64,000 nt of DNA from Spirochaetia bacterium. GTDB lineage: Bacteria; Spirochaetota; Spirochaetia; SZUA-6; Bin103. Each line of letters begins with the position of its first letter. Within the stretch, counting starts at the first letter, position 1. The position numbers were made by a program, and so were the translations under genes. A model generated the notes under the pieces. The model searched no databases. It was not told the origin of the DNA and worked only from the letters and a program-made list of their open reading frames with translations. Shown one piece after another: positions 22,358-33,500 of the stretch. The stretch lies in contig CBDATQ010000002.1 in assembly GCA_965199955.1 (NCBI GenBank), positions 1 to 64,000 of the forward strand. Reading direction: 5' to 3'.

Positions 22358-23118
22358 GCCGGCACAAGGTCGCTCAGGTCAGGCGCAAGGTCGCGCTGGT
22401 CACGGGCGCGGCGGCCGGCATCGGCCGGCGGATCGCCACCACGCTGGCGCGCGACGGCGCCGACGTCGCGATCGGGGACCTGAACATGGAGGAGGCGGCG
22501 ATCACCGCCGCCGAGGTGGAGGAGGCCGGCGGCCGGGCGGTCTGCGTGCGCACCGACGTGGCCGACGAAGGGGCGATCCTGGAGCTGTTCGCGACCGTGG
22601 ACGGCGAGCTCGGCACCCTGGACATCCTGGTCAACAACGCCGGCATCTGCGAGCTGACGCCGATCCTGGAGCTTTCGACGGACGCCTGGGACCGGATGAT
22701 GGCGATCAACCTGCGCGGCACCTTCATCGCCAGCCGCGAGGCGTTCCGCCGCATGAAGGAGGCAGGCCGAGGGCGCATCGTCAGCGTCGCCTCCATGGCC
22801 GGAAAGATCGGCGGCGCGGCGGCGGGCGCCCACTACTCGGCGTCCAAGGCCGGCATCATCTGCCTGACCAAGTCGCTGGCGCTGCAGGCGGCCCCCTACG
22901 GGATAACCGCCAACGCGGTGGCGCCCGGGCCGATCGACACGGCGCTCACGCGCGAGTGGGGGGAGGAGACCAACCGGGAGTTCGCCGCCAAGATCCCGCT
23001 GGGCACCTACGGCCAGCCGGAGGACGTCGCCGAGGCGGTCGCCTTCCTGGCCTCCGACCGCGCCCGCTTCATCACCGGGGAGATCATCGACGTCAACGGC
23101 GGCTTCCTGATGGACTGA
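22354..23118 (+). CDS. Short-chain dehydrogenase/reductase (FabG-like)
   Basis: TGAAAGIG, NNAG and YSASK motifs; ATGA overlap with the VOC gene. Confidence 0.93.
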   Translation: MSRHKVAQVRRKVALVTGAAAGIGRRIATTLARDGADVAIGDLNMEEAAITAAEVEEAGGRAVCVRTDVADEGAILELFATVDGELGTLDILVNNAGICELTPILELSTDAWDRMMAINLRGTFIASREAFRRMKEAGRGRIVSVASMAGKIGGAAAGAHYSASKAGIICLTKSLALQAAPYGITANAVAPGPIDTALTREWGEETNREFAAKIPLGTYGQPEDVAEAVAFLASDRARFITGEIIDVNGGFLMD

Positions 23119-23145
23119 GGATGCCAATCTACAGAGGATGACTGC

Positions 23146-25347
23146 GTGAAACGTACCCCGATCGACGGCTCCTTCCCGTGGGAGCGCTGGGAGTCCGACG
23201 CGGCCGACGTCGAGCAGCTCGACCGCCGGCAGGCCGCGCGGCTGCTGTTCGACACGCTGGCGATCAACCGCTTCGAGCACGCACTGCTGGAGCTCAAGAA
23301 CGCCGGCGCCGTCTGGGGCCCCGTGCACACCTCCGTCGGCCAGGAGGCGACCGCCTCCGCGGCGGTGGCGGCGCTGCGCCCGACCGACAAGATGGCCGCG
23401 ACCTACCGCGCCCACCACCAGTTCCTGGCCAAGGTGCTGCAGGCACAGGTGCCGGCCGACTGGGACCCCGCGGCAGGCGAGCTGCCGGCAGAGGCGCAGG
23501 AGGTCTTCTATCGCACCATGGCGGAGATCATGGGCCTGGCCCCCGGCTACTGCGGCGGGCGCGGCGGCTCCATGCACCTCCGCCACAACGAGTCCGGCTT
23601 CCTGGGGTCGAACGCGATCGTCGGTGGCGGCGTGCCGCTCGCGGCCGGCGCCGCCTATGCCGAGAAGTTCGCCGGATCGGGCAGCGTGATCCTCTGCTAC
23701 ATCGGCGACGGCGCGGTCAACCAGGGCGCCTTTCACGAGGCGTGCAACCTGGCCGGCCTGTGGTCGCTGCCGCTGATCGTCTTCGTGGAGAACAACCGCT
23801 ACGCGGTGGCCACCCGCGTGCAGGACGCCTGCGCGGTCGAGCCCCTGTCGCGGCGCGCCTCCGCGTACGCCATGGACGGGTATGTCGTCGACGGCGACGA
23901 CGCGATCGCCATCCTCGGGCTGGTGCGGGAGGTGGCCGACAAGCTGCGCGACGGCGGCACGCCGGCGATCATCGAGTGCGAGTGCTACCGCCGCTACCAC
24001 CACGCCGGCGACGTGCCGGGCAGCGCCTTCCGCTACCGCAGCAAGGAGGAGGAGGACTGCTACGCCGGCACCGAGGTGACGCGCGTGCTGCCGCGCATCC
24101 TGGTGGAGGCCGGCTTGCTCGACCAGGCCGCGGTGGAGGCCATCGACGCGCTGGCCGAGCAGGGCGTGCAGGCGGCACGGGCGGCGTGCACGGAGGACGG
24201 CGATCCGCCGCGCGTGCGCGAGAGCCTGTGGCCGGACCCCGGAACCGCCGGCGACGGCATGCGCTCGAGCGGCCGCGAGCTTGAAGGGCTGCGCTTCGTC
24301 GACCGCCAACAGGACGGCGGGAACGGCGCGGGCGGGAACGGCACGGCGCTGGAGCCGATGCGCTACTCGGACGCGATCGCCGCGGTGACCGGCCGCTGGC
24401 TGGAGCGGGAGGCGGACGCGATCGTCTTCGGCGAGGAGGTGGCCAACCTGGGCGGCGGCGCCTATGGCGCCACCAAGGGTCTGGTCGAGCGGTTCCCGGA
24501 GCGCGTAATCAACACCCCGATCTCGGAGGGTGGCTTCTCCGGGCTGGGTTTCGGAGCCGCGATGCTGGGCATGCGCGTGGTGGTGGAGATCATGTTCGCG
24601 GACTTCGCGCTGGTGGCCGCCGACCAGCTCTTCAACCAGCTCTCCAAGGCGCGCCACATGTACGGCGACACCACCGACCTGCCGATCGTGGTGCGCAGCC
24701 GCGTCGGCACCGGGCTCGGCTACGGGGCGCAGCACTCCATGGACCCGGTCGGCCTGTACGGGATGTTCCCCGGCTTCCGGATCGTCGCTCCGGCCGACGC
24801 GTACGACTACATCGGCCTGTTCAACACCGCCATGCACTCGCTCGATCCGGTGGTGTTCCTGGAGCACAACGCCCTCTACACGCAGCGGTCGCCGGCGCCG
24901 GCCGGCGACCTGGACTACGCGATCCCATTCGGCACGGCGCGCACCGTGCAGGCCGGCGACCAGGTGACCGTGCTGACCTACGGCGGCATGGTCGGGCGCT
25001 GCGCCGCCGTGGCCGCGGCGCTCGCCGCCGACGGCGTGTCGGTCGAGCTCCTGGACCTGCGCTGCCTGGACCGGCTGTCGATCGACTACGCCAGCATCGG
25101 CGTGTCGCTGGCCAAGACCGGCGCCATGGTCATCGTCGAGGAGGCAGCTCGCAGCCAGGGGATCGGCCCGGCGCTGGCGGCGGAGATCACCACCCGTTGT
25201 TTCGACGATCTGGACGGCCCCGTGGCCTGCCTGACCTCGCTCGACATCTCCACTCCCGTGTCCCGCCGGCTGGAGCTGGCGGCCCTGGTGAGCGACGAGC
25301 AGATCGACGAAACCGTACGGGCGGTAGCCGACCGGAGCTGGCGCTGA
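23146..25347 (+). CDS. Fused ThDP-dependent 2-oxoacid/acetoin dehydrogenase E1 alpha+beta
   Basis: GRGGSMH and GDGA..Q..HE..N..NN (ThDP motif) in the alpha half; TPISE, EIMFADF and GAQHS in the beta half. Confidence 0.9.
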   Translation: MKRTPIDGSFPWERWESDAADVEQLDRRQAARLLFDTLAINRFEHALLELKNAGAVWGPVHTSVGQEATASAAVAALRPTDKMAATYRAHHQFLAKVLQAQVPADWDPAAGELPAEAQEVFYRTMAEIMGLAPGYCGGRGGSMHLRHNESGFLGSNAIVGGGVPLAAGAAYAEKFAGSGSVILCYIGDGAVNQGAFHEACNLAGLWSLPLIVFVENNRYAVATRVQDACAVEPLSRRASAYAMDGYVVDGDDAIAILGLVREVADKLRDGGTPAIIECECYRRYHHAGDVPGSAFRYRSKEEEDCYAGTEVTRVLPRILVEAGLLDQAAVEAIDALAEQGVQAARAACTEDGDPPRVRESLWPDPGTAGDGMRSSGRELEGLRFVDRQQDGGNGAGGNGTALEPMRYSDAIAAVTGRWLEREADAIVFGEEVANLGGGAYGATKGLVERFPERVINTPISEGGFSGLGFGAAMLGMRVVVEIMFADFALVAADQLFNQLSKARHMYGDTTDLPIVVRSRVGTGLGYGAQHSMDPVGLYGMFPGFRIVAPADAYDYIGLFNTAMHSLDPVVFLEHNALYTQRSPAPAGDLDYAIPFGTARTVQAGDQVTVLTYGGMVGRCAAVAAALAADGVSVELLDLRCLDRLSIDYASIGVSLAKTGAMVIVEEAARSQGIGPALAAEITTRCFDDLDGPVACLTSLDISTPVSRRLELAALVSDEQIDETVRAVADRSWR

Positions 25348-26621
25348 TGGGCTCCGTCGAGTCGATCCTTTCCGGCGTGCCGATCCCTGAGGTGATGACC
25401 GTCCGGCAGTCGCTGCCGCGGCCGCGGCTCGCCCCCGGGCAGCTCGAGGAGGCGCTGTCTCCCGCGGCCCTGGGCCGCCTGGTGCGCCGCGGCGAGTCGA
25501 TCGCCATCGCCGTGGGCAGCCGCGGCGTAGCAAATCAGGGCGCGGTGGTGGCGCGGCTGGTGGCGTCGCTGCGCCAGGCCGGCACCGAGCCGTTCGTCGT
25601 GCCGGCGATGGGCAGCCACGGCGGCGCCACCGGCGTGGGGCAGGCCGAGTTGCTGGCGGGTATGGGCATCAGCGAGCCGACCGTGGGCGCGCCCGTGCGC
25701 TCCTCCATGGAAGTGGAGCAGGTAGGCGAGGCCGATGGCCTGCCGGTGATGGTGGACCGGCTGGCGTGGCGGGCGGACGGCATCGTCATCGTCAACCGCG
25801 TCAAGCCGCACCCGTCGTTCCGCGGCGAGCGGGAGAGCGGCTTGGCCAAGATGATCGCCATCGGCCTCGGCAAGCAGGCGGGCGCGCAGGCGTATCACAG
25901 CCGCGGCATGACGGCGATGGCGGACACCGTGCTGGTGGTCGCCTCCCACGTGCTGGCCACCGGCCGCGTCCGCGCCGGGGTCGCGCTGCTGGAGAACGCC
26001 CATCACGAGACCTGCCACGTCGAGCTGGTCCCCGGCGACCGGATCATCGAGCGCGAGCCGGCGCTGCTGGAACAGGCGCGCGGCCTGCAGCCCACCCTGC
26101 CGTTCGCGGAGCTCGACGTGCTGGTGCTGGACCGCATCGGCAAGAACATCGCCGGCACCGGCTTCGACTGCAACGTGGTCGGCCGCTACAGCAATCCGGA
26201 CCTCACCGGCGGCCCGGCGATCACCCGCATCGCGGCGCTCAGCCTGACCCCGGAGACGCACGGCAACGCCAACGGCATCGGCCTGGTGGACGTGACCACC
26301 CGCCGCGTGTTCGACCTCATGACCTTCGACGAGACCTACCCGAACGCGCTCACTTCGACCGCTTCGGTGAGCGTCAAGATCCCGATGGTGCTGGCCAGTG
26401 ACGCGCTGGCGATCCGCGCGGCGATCCAGACCACCGGCGTCACCGATCCGGCGGCGCTGCGCCTGGCGCGCATCCGCGACACCCTGTCGCTCGGCGAGCT
26501 GCAGGCCAGCCCTGCCGCAGTCGCGGACCTGAACGGGACGGCGCAGGCCGAGGTCGAAGGTGCGCCCCAGCCCCTCGTCTTCGACGAGGCGGGAGATCTG
26601 CAGGGGCTGAACGGAACGTAG
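25347..26621 (+). CDS. LarA-like (lactate racemase/DUF2088-DUF362 type) protein
   Basis: GSRG, VPAMGSHGGAT, NRVKPH, ESGLAKMIAIGLGK, GKNIAGTGFD and HGNANGIG motifs; TGATG coupling to the E1 gene. Confidence 0.75.
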   Translation: MGSVESILSGVPIPEVMTVRQSLPRPRLAPGQLEEALSPAALGRLVRRGESIAIAVGSRGVANQGAVVARLVASLRQAGTEPFVVPAMGSHGGATGVGQAELLAGMGISEPTVGAPVRSSMEVEQVGEADGLPVMVDRLAWRADGIVIVNRVKPHPSFRGERESGLAKMIAIGLGKQAGAQAYHSRGMTAMADTVLVVASHVLATGRVRAGVALLENAHHETCHVELVPGDRIIEREPALLEQARGLQPTLPFAELDVLVLDRIGKNIAGTGFDCNVVGRYSNPDLTGGPAITRIAALSLTPETHGNANGIGLVDVTTRRVFDLMTFDETYPNALTSTASVSVKIPMVLASDALAIRAAIQTTGVTDPAALRLARIRDTLSLGELQASPAAVADLNGTAQAEVEGAPQPLVFDEAGDLQGLNGT

Positions 26622-26630
26622 ATCGGTTGG

Positions 26631-27377
26631 CTACCCTCGACCACTCCGGAAGACGACCTCCAGGTCGACCGGTTCGTGGAGGAGCAGCAGGTCGAGCAGG
26701 TTGAGCTCGAAGATCGCCACGCCGTCCTCGATGCGGCCGCCGCGCTGGGAGACCAGCTCGCCGTCGACGTTCAGGCGGATGGTGATCACCGACTCGGTGA
26801 TGGCGTCCGGGCCGCTCGGTCCCAGGACGAAGCCCATCATCGTCAGGTAGTCCTCGGCCGTGATCTCGGTGTTTTCCTCCGGCCCCATGGCACGGATCAC
26901 CGGATCGTCGAGCACGGGGAAGATCTGCTCGAGCTGCTTGTAGTTGTCCAGGTCCAGGTAGAGCCGCACGCGGGTGCCCTCCTCCACCTCCTCGAAGGTG
27001 ACGATGCCGGCCTCCCAGAGCAGGCTGGGGCTGGGGAACATGGCCGGCGCATCCTCGAAGCTGAACGCCAGATCGAGGAGATTCTCTTCGGGTGCCTCGA
27101 CCCGGGTCACCGTGACTCCCGGCAGGGCGGCCAGGGTGTCGCGGAGCCTCTCCAGGTTGACCATCCCCTCGTCCGGCAATTCGATGTCGGCGAGCGCGGC
27201 CATCTCCTGCACCCGGGCGACGAAGTCGGGTGCCAGGTCGATGGCGACGGCGGTTTCGCCCGAGCGGTCGGCGCGAACGGTGAGCTCCTGGGTGACGGCG
27301 CAGGCGCCGAGCGCCCAGAGTGCGGCCATCAGAAGTGTGAGGGTGCGTGCTGCGCGGCGAAGTCGATGCGTGGTCAT
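26631..27377 (-). CDS. Hypothetical lipoprotein
   Basis: Basic N-terminus, hydrophobic stretch, lipobox LGAC; start overlaps the peptidase stop. Confidence 0.75.
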   Translation of the reverse strand: MTTHRLRRAARTLTLLMAALWALGACAVTQELTVRADRSGETAVAIDLAPDFVARVQEMAALADIELPDEGMVNLERLRDTLAALPGVTVTRVEAPEENLLDLAFSFEDAPAMFPSPSLLWEAGIVTFEEVEEGTRVRLYLDLDNYKQLEQIFPVLDDPVIRAMGPEENTEITAEDYLTMMGFVLGPSGPDAITESVITIRLNVDGELVSQRGGRIEDGVAIFELNLLDLLLLHEPVDLEVVFRSGRG

Positions 27378-28765
27378 GTTCTCTCCTCTTGCGCCGCCAG
27401 CCCGGACAGGCGGTCGAGCAGGCGGCAGTAGGCCACCTTGCCGCGCTCGTAGCTTGCCAGGCGGAAGAACTCGTTCGGACCGTGCGCGCCCTCGTCCTCC
27501 AGGGCGAACGCGAAGATCACGGTCTTGGCTCCCAGGTAGCGCTCGAACATGTTCAGGATCGGGATGCTGCCGCCGGATGCGATCGCGTACGGCTCGGTGC
27601 CGTACAGCTCGCCCAGGACGGCGCGCGCGGCCTGGTTGCCCGGATGCTCGGTCGGGATGGTGTATGGCATGCCGGCCGAGCCCAGCGACCGCACCTCGAC
27701 GGCGACGGCCTGGTCGGCGTGCCGGCCCACGTGGGCGGCGATCGCGTCCCGCACCCTGGCCGGATCCTGGTCGCCCACCAGGCGGCAGGTAATCTTGGCG
27801 TGCGCCTGGCTCGGCAGGACGGTCTTGACCCCGTCGCCCTGGAAGCCTCCCCAGATGCCGTTGATCTCCAGCGTCGGCCGCCGCCACTGGCGCGCCCGCG
27901 TGCCGTAGCCGGGCTCCCCGAACAGCCCCTGCGAGCCCAGAGAGTCCAGGAAGCTCCGCTCGTCGAAGGGGACGCGGTCGAATGAGGCGCGCTCGGCGTC
28001 CGACAGCTCCGGCACGCCGTCGAAGAAGCCGTCCACCAGCACCTTGCCGTCCGCGCCGCGCATCGAGTCCAGGATGTGCACCAGCGCGTGGATGGGGTTG
28101 TGGATGGCGCCGCCGTAGGTGCCGGAGTGCACGTCGCGCGCCGGCCCGGTCACGTCGATTTGCAGCGAGCAGAGGCCGCGCAGGCTCAGCCACAGCCCCG
28201 GCTCGGTCTCGCTCCACTGCGAGCCGTCGGCGCTGACGACCAGGTCGCAGGCCAGGCGCCCGGCGTGCTCGGCGACGAACGGATCCATCGTCGGGCTGCC
28301 GATCTCCTCCTGGCCCTCCAGCAGGAACTTGACGTTCACGGGCAGCGACCCGCCGTCGGCCAGCAGCGCCTCCACCGCCTGCACCGGGACCAGCAGGTTG
28401 CCCTTGTCGTCGGAGGAGCCGCGCCCGTAAACGCGGTCGCCGTCCAGCACCGGATCGAACGGATCGGCGTTCCAGCCGTCGGAGCGGAGGGCCGGCTGCA
28501 CGTCGAAGTGGGCGTAGATCAGGACGGTCGGCGCGCCGGGCGCGTGCAGGTGGTCGGCGTACACGGCCGGCTGCGCGCCGGTCTCCAGGATCTCGGCGTG
28601 CTCGAGCCCGGCGCGGTTGAGCCGGTCGCGCACCCAGGTCGCGGCGGCGCGCACGTCGTCCTGGTGGTCGGGGAGCGAGGAGATGCTGGGGATGCGCACG
28701 AACTCGCGCAGCTCGGCGACGTAGCCGTCGCGGTTCTCGGTGAGCAGCTTCAGATGGTCGGACAT
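27374..28765 (-). CDS. M20/M25/M40 family dipeptidase
   Basis: HFDVQP, GRGSSDDKG, EGQEEIGS, HSG.YGG and HGPNE motifs. Confidence 0.93.
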   Translation of the reverse strand: MSDHLKLLTENRDGYVAELREFVRIPSISSLPDHQDDVRAAATWVRDRLNRAGLEHAEILETGAQPAVYADHLHAPGAPTVLIYAHFDVQPALRSDGWNADPFDPVLDGDRVYGRGSSDDKGNLLVPVQAVEALLADGGSLPVNVKFLLEGQEEIGSPTMDPFVAEHAGRLACDLVVSADGSQWSETEPGLWLSLRGLCSLQIDVTGPARDVHSGTYGGAIHNPIHALVHILDSMRGADGKVLVDGFFDGVPELSDAERASFDRVPFDERSFLDSLGSQGLFGEPGYGTRARQWRRPTLEINGIWGGFQGDGVKTVLPSQAHAKITCRLVGDQDPARVRDAIAAHVGRHADQAVAVEVRSLGSAGMPYTIPTEHPGNQAARAVLGELYGTEPYAIASGGSIPILNMFERYLGAKTVIFAFALEDEGAHGPNEFFRLASYERGKVAYCRLLDRLSGLAAQEERT

Positions 28766-28998
28766 TGCATTCTCATTTTAGCGCACCGGCGTGGGGTTCA
28801 CCCGAGCGCTTCGAGAGTGCCTCCGCGGTCGATGCCGGCCCACGCCGACGCCCGTGTTGACGGGGCTCGATGGCGGAACTCACAGTATCGGACGAGGTTG
28901 AACATGATCGTGCATCATCGACGCCGGGCTGCCCCTGCTGCTCGGTGCCCTGGGCGTGTCCCTGTTGAGGGGCACGCGCGACCGGTAGCGCGGGCGCC

Positions 28999-30591
28999 AT
29001 GGCCGCCGTGACGGAGCAGCCGTCCCCGTGCACGATCGTGATCTTCGGCGCGTCGGGCGACCTCACCGCGCGCAAGCTGATCCCGGGAATCTACGACCTG
29101 TCCCGGCGCGGACTGCTGCCGGCGCGGTTCGCCGTGCTCGGCGCCGGCCGCACCGGCATGAGCGACGAGCAGTTCCGGCACCGGATGGCCGAGGAGCTGG
29201 CGGGCGCCGGTGACGAGCCGGAAGCCGACCGGGAGCGCTTTCTCGGCGCCCTGCACTACCAGCAGCTCGACACCGGATCCGCGTCCGAGTACGGGAAGCT
29301 TGCCGAACGGCTGCGCACGGTGGCGGAGGACGCCGGCACCGCGGGCAACGTCCTCTACTACCTGGCGACGCCGCCGAACCTGTTCGAGCCGATAGCGGGC
29401 GGGCTCGCCGGCGTCGGCCTGGCCGAGCAGCGGGACGGCGCGTGGCGGCGCCTGATCGTCGAGAAGCCGTTCGGCTACGACCTGGAGTCGGCCCGCGCGT
29501 TGAACGAGCGGCTGCACGGCTGGTTCACGGAGCATCAGATCTACCGAATCGACCACTACCTGGGGAAGGAGACGGTCCAGAACGTGCTGGTCCTGCGTTT
29601 CGCGAACGAGGTATGGGAGCCGCTCTGGAACCGCGCCACGATCGACCGCGTGGAGATCACCGCCGCCGAGCAGGTGGGGGTCGAGGGGCGCGGCGGCTAC
29701 TACGACGGATCGGGCGCGCTGCGCGACATGTTCCAGAACCACCTGCTGCAGGTGGTGGGCATGATCGCCATGGAGCCGCCGGCGCACTTCCGGCCGAGCG
29801 CGGTGCGCAACGAGACGGTCAAGGTGTTCGACTCGCTGCGGCCGATCGAGCCGTCGCAGGTGTCACAGGACGTCGTGCGCGGCCAGTACACGGGATCGCT
29901 GACCACCGACGGCGCCATGCCCGGCTATCGCGAGGAGCCGGGCGTGCCGGCCGGGTCGCGCACGGAAACCTACGTGGCGCTGCGCTTCCACATCGACAAC
30001 CGGCGCTGGGCGGGGGTGCCGTTCCTGGTCCGCACCGGCAAGCGGTTGCCGGCGCGGGTGACCGAGGTCGTCATCCACTTCAAGCAGGTCCCGCACCACC
30101 TGTTCGGCACGCCGCCGGCGTCCGTGACCGAGGGCGCGCCGGCCCCCGGGGACTACGGCCGCCACGCCGTCTCGGCGGCGGCGGCCGATGCCAGCAAGCT
30201 GATCATCCGCATCCAGCCGGACGAGGCGATCCAGCTCCGCTGCAATGTCAAGCTGCCGGGCGCCGGCTTCGACGTGCAGCAGGTGGGAATGCACTTCCGC
30301 TACGCCGACCTGGCCGACACCTACCTGCCGGACGCCTACGAACGGCTGCTGCTGGACGGCATCACGGGAGACGCCACGCTGTACGCGCGCGCCGACGCGA
30401 TCGAGTCGTGCTGGGAGTTCGTGACCCCGATCCTGAAGGCGTGGGACGAGCACCCCGGCATCCCGCTGCACGGCTACCCGGCCGGAAGCTGGGGACCGGC
30501 CGCCGCCTCCAGCCTGTTCCGCCGCCCCGGCTACGGCTGGCGCACGCCGATGCCGTCCCTCAGCGACTCCGGCGGCAATGTCGAGCTATGA
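28999..30591 (+). CDS. zwf: Glucose-6-phosphate 1-dehydrogenase
   Basis: GASGDL, EKPFG, RIDHYLGKE, RDMFQNH and AYERLL motifs. Confidence 0.97.
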   Translation: MAAVTEQPSPCTIVIFGASGDLTARKLIPGIYDLSRRGLLPARFAVLGAGRTGMSDEQFRHRMAEELAGAGDEPEADRERFLGALHYQQLDTGSASEYGKLAERLRTVAEDAGTAGNVLYYLATPPNLFEPIAGGLAGVGLAEQRDGAWRRLIVEKPFGYDLESARALNERLHGWFTEHQIYRIDHYLGKETVQNVLVLRFANEVWEPLWNRATIDRVEITAAEQVGVEGRGGYYDGSGALRDMFQNHLLQVVGMIAMEPPAHFRPSAVRNETVKVFDSLRPIEPSQVSQDVVRGQYTGSLTTDGAMPGYREEPGVPAGSRTETYVALRFHIDNRRWAGVPFLVRTGKRLPARVTEVVIHFKQVPHHLFGTPPASVTEGAPAPGDYGRHAVSAAAADASKLIIRIQPDEAIQLRCNVKLPGAGFDVQQVGMHFRYADLADTYLPDAYERLLLDGITGDATLYARADAIESCWEFVTPILKAWDEHPGIPLHGYPAGSWGPAAASSLFRRPGYGWRTPMPSLSDSGGNVEL

Positions 30592-33500
30592 GCCGGCGAC
30601 CTATGCACAGCCTGTACGGCGCGATGGGCCGCCGCCTCAACCCACTTGCGCAGCTCGTGGCGGACCGCCTTGCTCGCATCCAGGCGAACGTGGACCGCTC
30701 GATCTGGGCCCGGCGCGAGCTTCTGGCCGTGGAAGGAAGCCCGGTGACGGACGAGATGCTCGACGGGGGGCAGGCAGCGGCCCTCGCCTATACTTCCGTC
30801 ACTCCCGGCGAGCACTTCGGCGCACCGCACGGCGGCTGGTCGCACCGGTGGTTCCGCGTGCGGATTCCAGACGCCCTGGAGGGCGAGCGCGGCCGGCGCT
30901 TCCTGCGCTGGAAGTGCCAGGGGGAGACGACCGCGTTCATCGACGGCGTGCCGTGGGCCGGGCTCGATCCGGGCCATCCGACCTGCCCGCTCCCCGACGC
31001 GGCAGCCACCCTCCATCTGGACACCGCCACCTGGCAGACCGGCATCTGGGCCTCACCGCCCCCGGAGCCGATCGGCCCGTACGGGCTGCGCTTCGACTTC
31101 GCCGAGCTGCGCATCCGCGATCTCGCCGCCTGGGATCTGAAGTGGGACCTGGACGCGCTCCGGCAGCTCTCCGACCTGCTGATCCGGGACGAGGACGCGG
31201 CCGTCGACGCGTCGGGCCATGGCTACCGGCCGGCATTCGACGACGTCTCGCCGTTGCTGCGCCGGCTCATGCGCGGCATCGACACATGCTGTGACGCTTG
31301 GGTCTCGGGCGGGGTGGAGGCGATGCGCGCGGCGGCGCGGGCGCTCCTCGCCGCGCTGCCCGCCGAGTCCTGGCAGCCGGAGGCGGCGCTCATCGGCCAC
31401 GCGCACATCGACGTCGTCTGGCTGTGGCCGGAGTTCGCGACGCGGCACAAGAACGTCCACTCGTTCGCCACCCAGCTCCGCATGCTGGATGCCTACCCGG
31501 AGATGGTCTTCGCCCACAGCACGCCCGCGGTATATCGCGCGGTCCAGGAGGACGCGCCGGCACTGATCCCGCAGATCAAGCGCCAGATCGCCGCCGGCCG
31601 GTGGGAGCTGATGGGCGGCTTCGAGGTCGAGCCCGACGTGAACATGCCGGCAGGCGAGGCGCTGGCGCGCAGCGCCGTGTACGGCAACCGCTTCATCGCC
31701 GCGTTCACCGGCGCGCCCAGCGAGGTGTGCTGGATTCCCGACGTCTTCGGCTACAGCAACTGCCTGCCGCAGATCCTGCGCCTGGCGGGCATCAGCGGCT
31801 TCTACACGACCAAGATCACCTGGTCACAGGTATCGCGGTTCCCGTACAGCAGCTTCGTGTGGCGCGGCTCGGACGCCGAAAGCGAGGTCGTCGCCCACCT
31901 GGCCACGACCGGCTACAACGGCCAGGTCCGCCTGGAAGAGAACCGCCGGGCGCTCCGCCGCCACCGGCAGCTCGACGTCCATGACGCGCTCCTGATCGGC
32001 ACCGGCCTGGGCGACGGCGGCGGCGGACCGAGCGAAGCGGAGGCCGAGCGCGCGCGGCGCTTCCGGGACCTCGCCGGCGCCCCGCGCCACGCCTGGCGGA
32101 CCAGCGCCTGCTTCTTCGCGGAGCTTGCACGGGTGCGCGACCGCCTGCCGGTCTTCCAGGGCGAGCTCTACATGGAGGCGCACCGCGGCGTGCTCACCTC
32201 GCAGGCCGAGTACAAGCGGCTCTACCGGGCGTGCGAGGTGGCGCTGCAGACCCGTGAGGCGCTGCGCGTGGCCGACGGCGGCGCACCGCTCGGCGAGCAG
32301 GCGTGGCTGCGCGTGCTGTTCGGACAGTTCCACGACGCCCTTCCCGGCAGCTCGATCGCCCGTGTGTATGAAGACCTGGAGGCCGAGTTCGCCCGCATCC
32401 TGTCCCGCGAAGAAGAGGCCACGGCGGCCGAGCTGGCGAACGGCGGCGACGCCGTCGCGTTCAACCCGCTGCCCGTCCACCGCCGCGTGTACCTGGCCGA
32501 TCGCGACCTGCTCCTGGACCTGCCGCCGCTCGGCACCGCCCCGCTGGCCGAGGCGCCCGGCAGCCACGCCGCCGTGGCAGCAGAGCCGACGCGGCTCGAC
32601 AACGGCATCGTGCAGGCTTCGTTCGACGTCGACGGCCAGCTCGCCGGCCTGGCCGTCGACGGCCGGCGCCTGGAGCTGAACGGCGCAGCCGGCCTGCGGC
32701 TCGGCCACGACGACCCGCACAACTACGACGCCTGGGAGATCGACCACTACACGGCGGCCACCATGACACCGGTCGCCGACCGCCTGCGGCTCGCCGCCGG
32801 GCATCGCGGGCGGCGCGAGATGCTTGCGGCCCACGCGGCCATCGGCGACTCCAGCCGGGCGACGGTCCGCTACCTGCTCGACCCCGGCAGCCGCTGGCTG
32901 CTGATCGAGGTCGACGTCGACTGGCAGGAGGAGCACCGGCTGCTCCGCTACCACCTGCCTACCGGCTACCGCGGCCGCACCGCCACCTTCGGCGCACCGT
33001 TCGGCTCGATCGAGCGCCCGCAGCTTCCCGGCCGGCCGGAAGACGAGGCGATGTGGGAGGTGGCCGGCAGCCGCTGGGCCGCCGTGCACGACGACGACGG
33101 AACCGGTCTGGCGGTCCTGACCGAGGCCAAGTACGGGTTCCACTGCTTCGACGGCGAACTGGGGGTGTCGCTGCTGAAGGCCGCCAGGCACCCGGATCCG
33201 GCGGCCGATGTCGGCCGCCACACGATCCGCTTCGCTGTGGGACGGCACGAGCCCGCGACGCTCGGCGCCGGCCCGGACGCGGTGCTGTCGACGGCATGCG
33301 CCGCCGACGCGCTCTTCGCTCCGGTGCCGATGACCGGATCAGGCGCCGCGCGGCCCTCGCCGTTCGTGTTGGAGCAACCGGGGTCGCTGTGCCCGGCCTG
33401 GGTCCTGCCCAGCGAGACCGGCCGCGGCTACGTCATCCGGTTGCACGAGACGGCCGGCCGGCGGGGCACTGCGAAGCTCCGCCTTGCCCGTCCCGCCGAA

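Noticed and set aside
22303..25533. Very long antisense or alternate-frame ORFs (for example 22303-25533, 39762-42491, 52805-55957)
   Set aside because: They shadow well-supported genes, are Arg/Ala/Gly/Pro-rich and carry no motifs; expected at this GC content.
29442..30587. N-terminal 380 aa of the 1391-aa ORF as a GH38 fusion domain
   Set aside because: It overlaps zwf in another frame; the real start is most likely the ATG at 30588.
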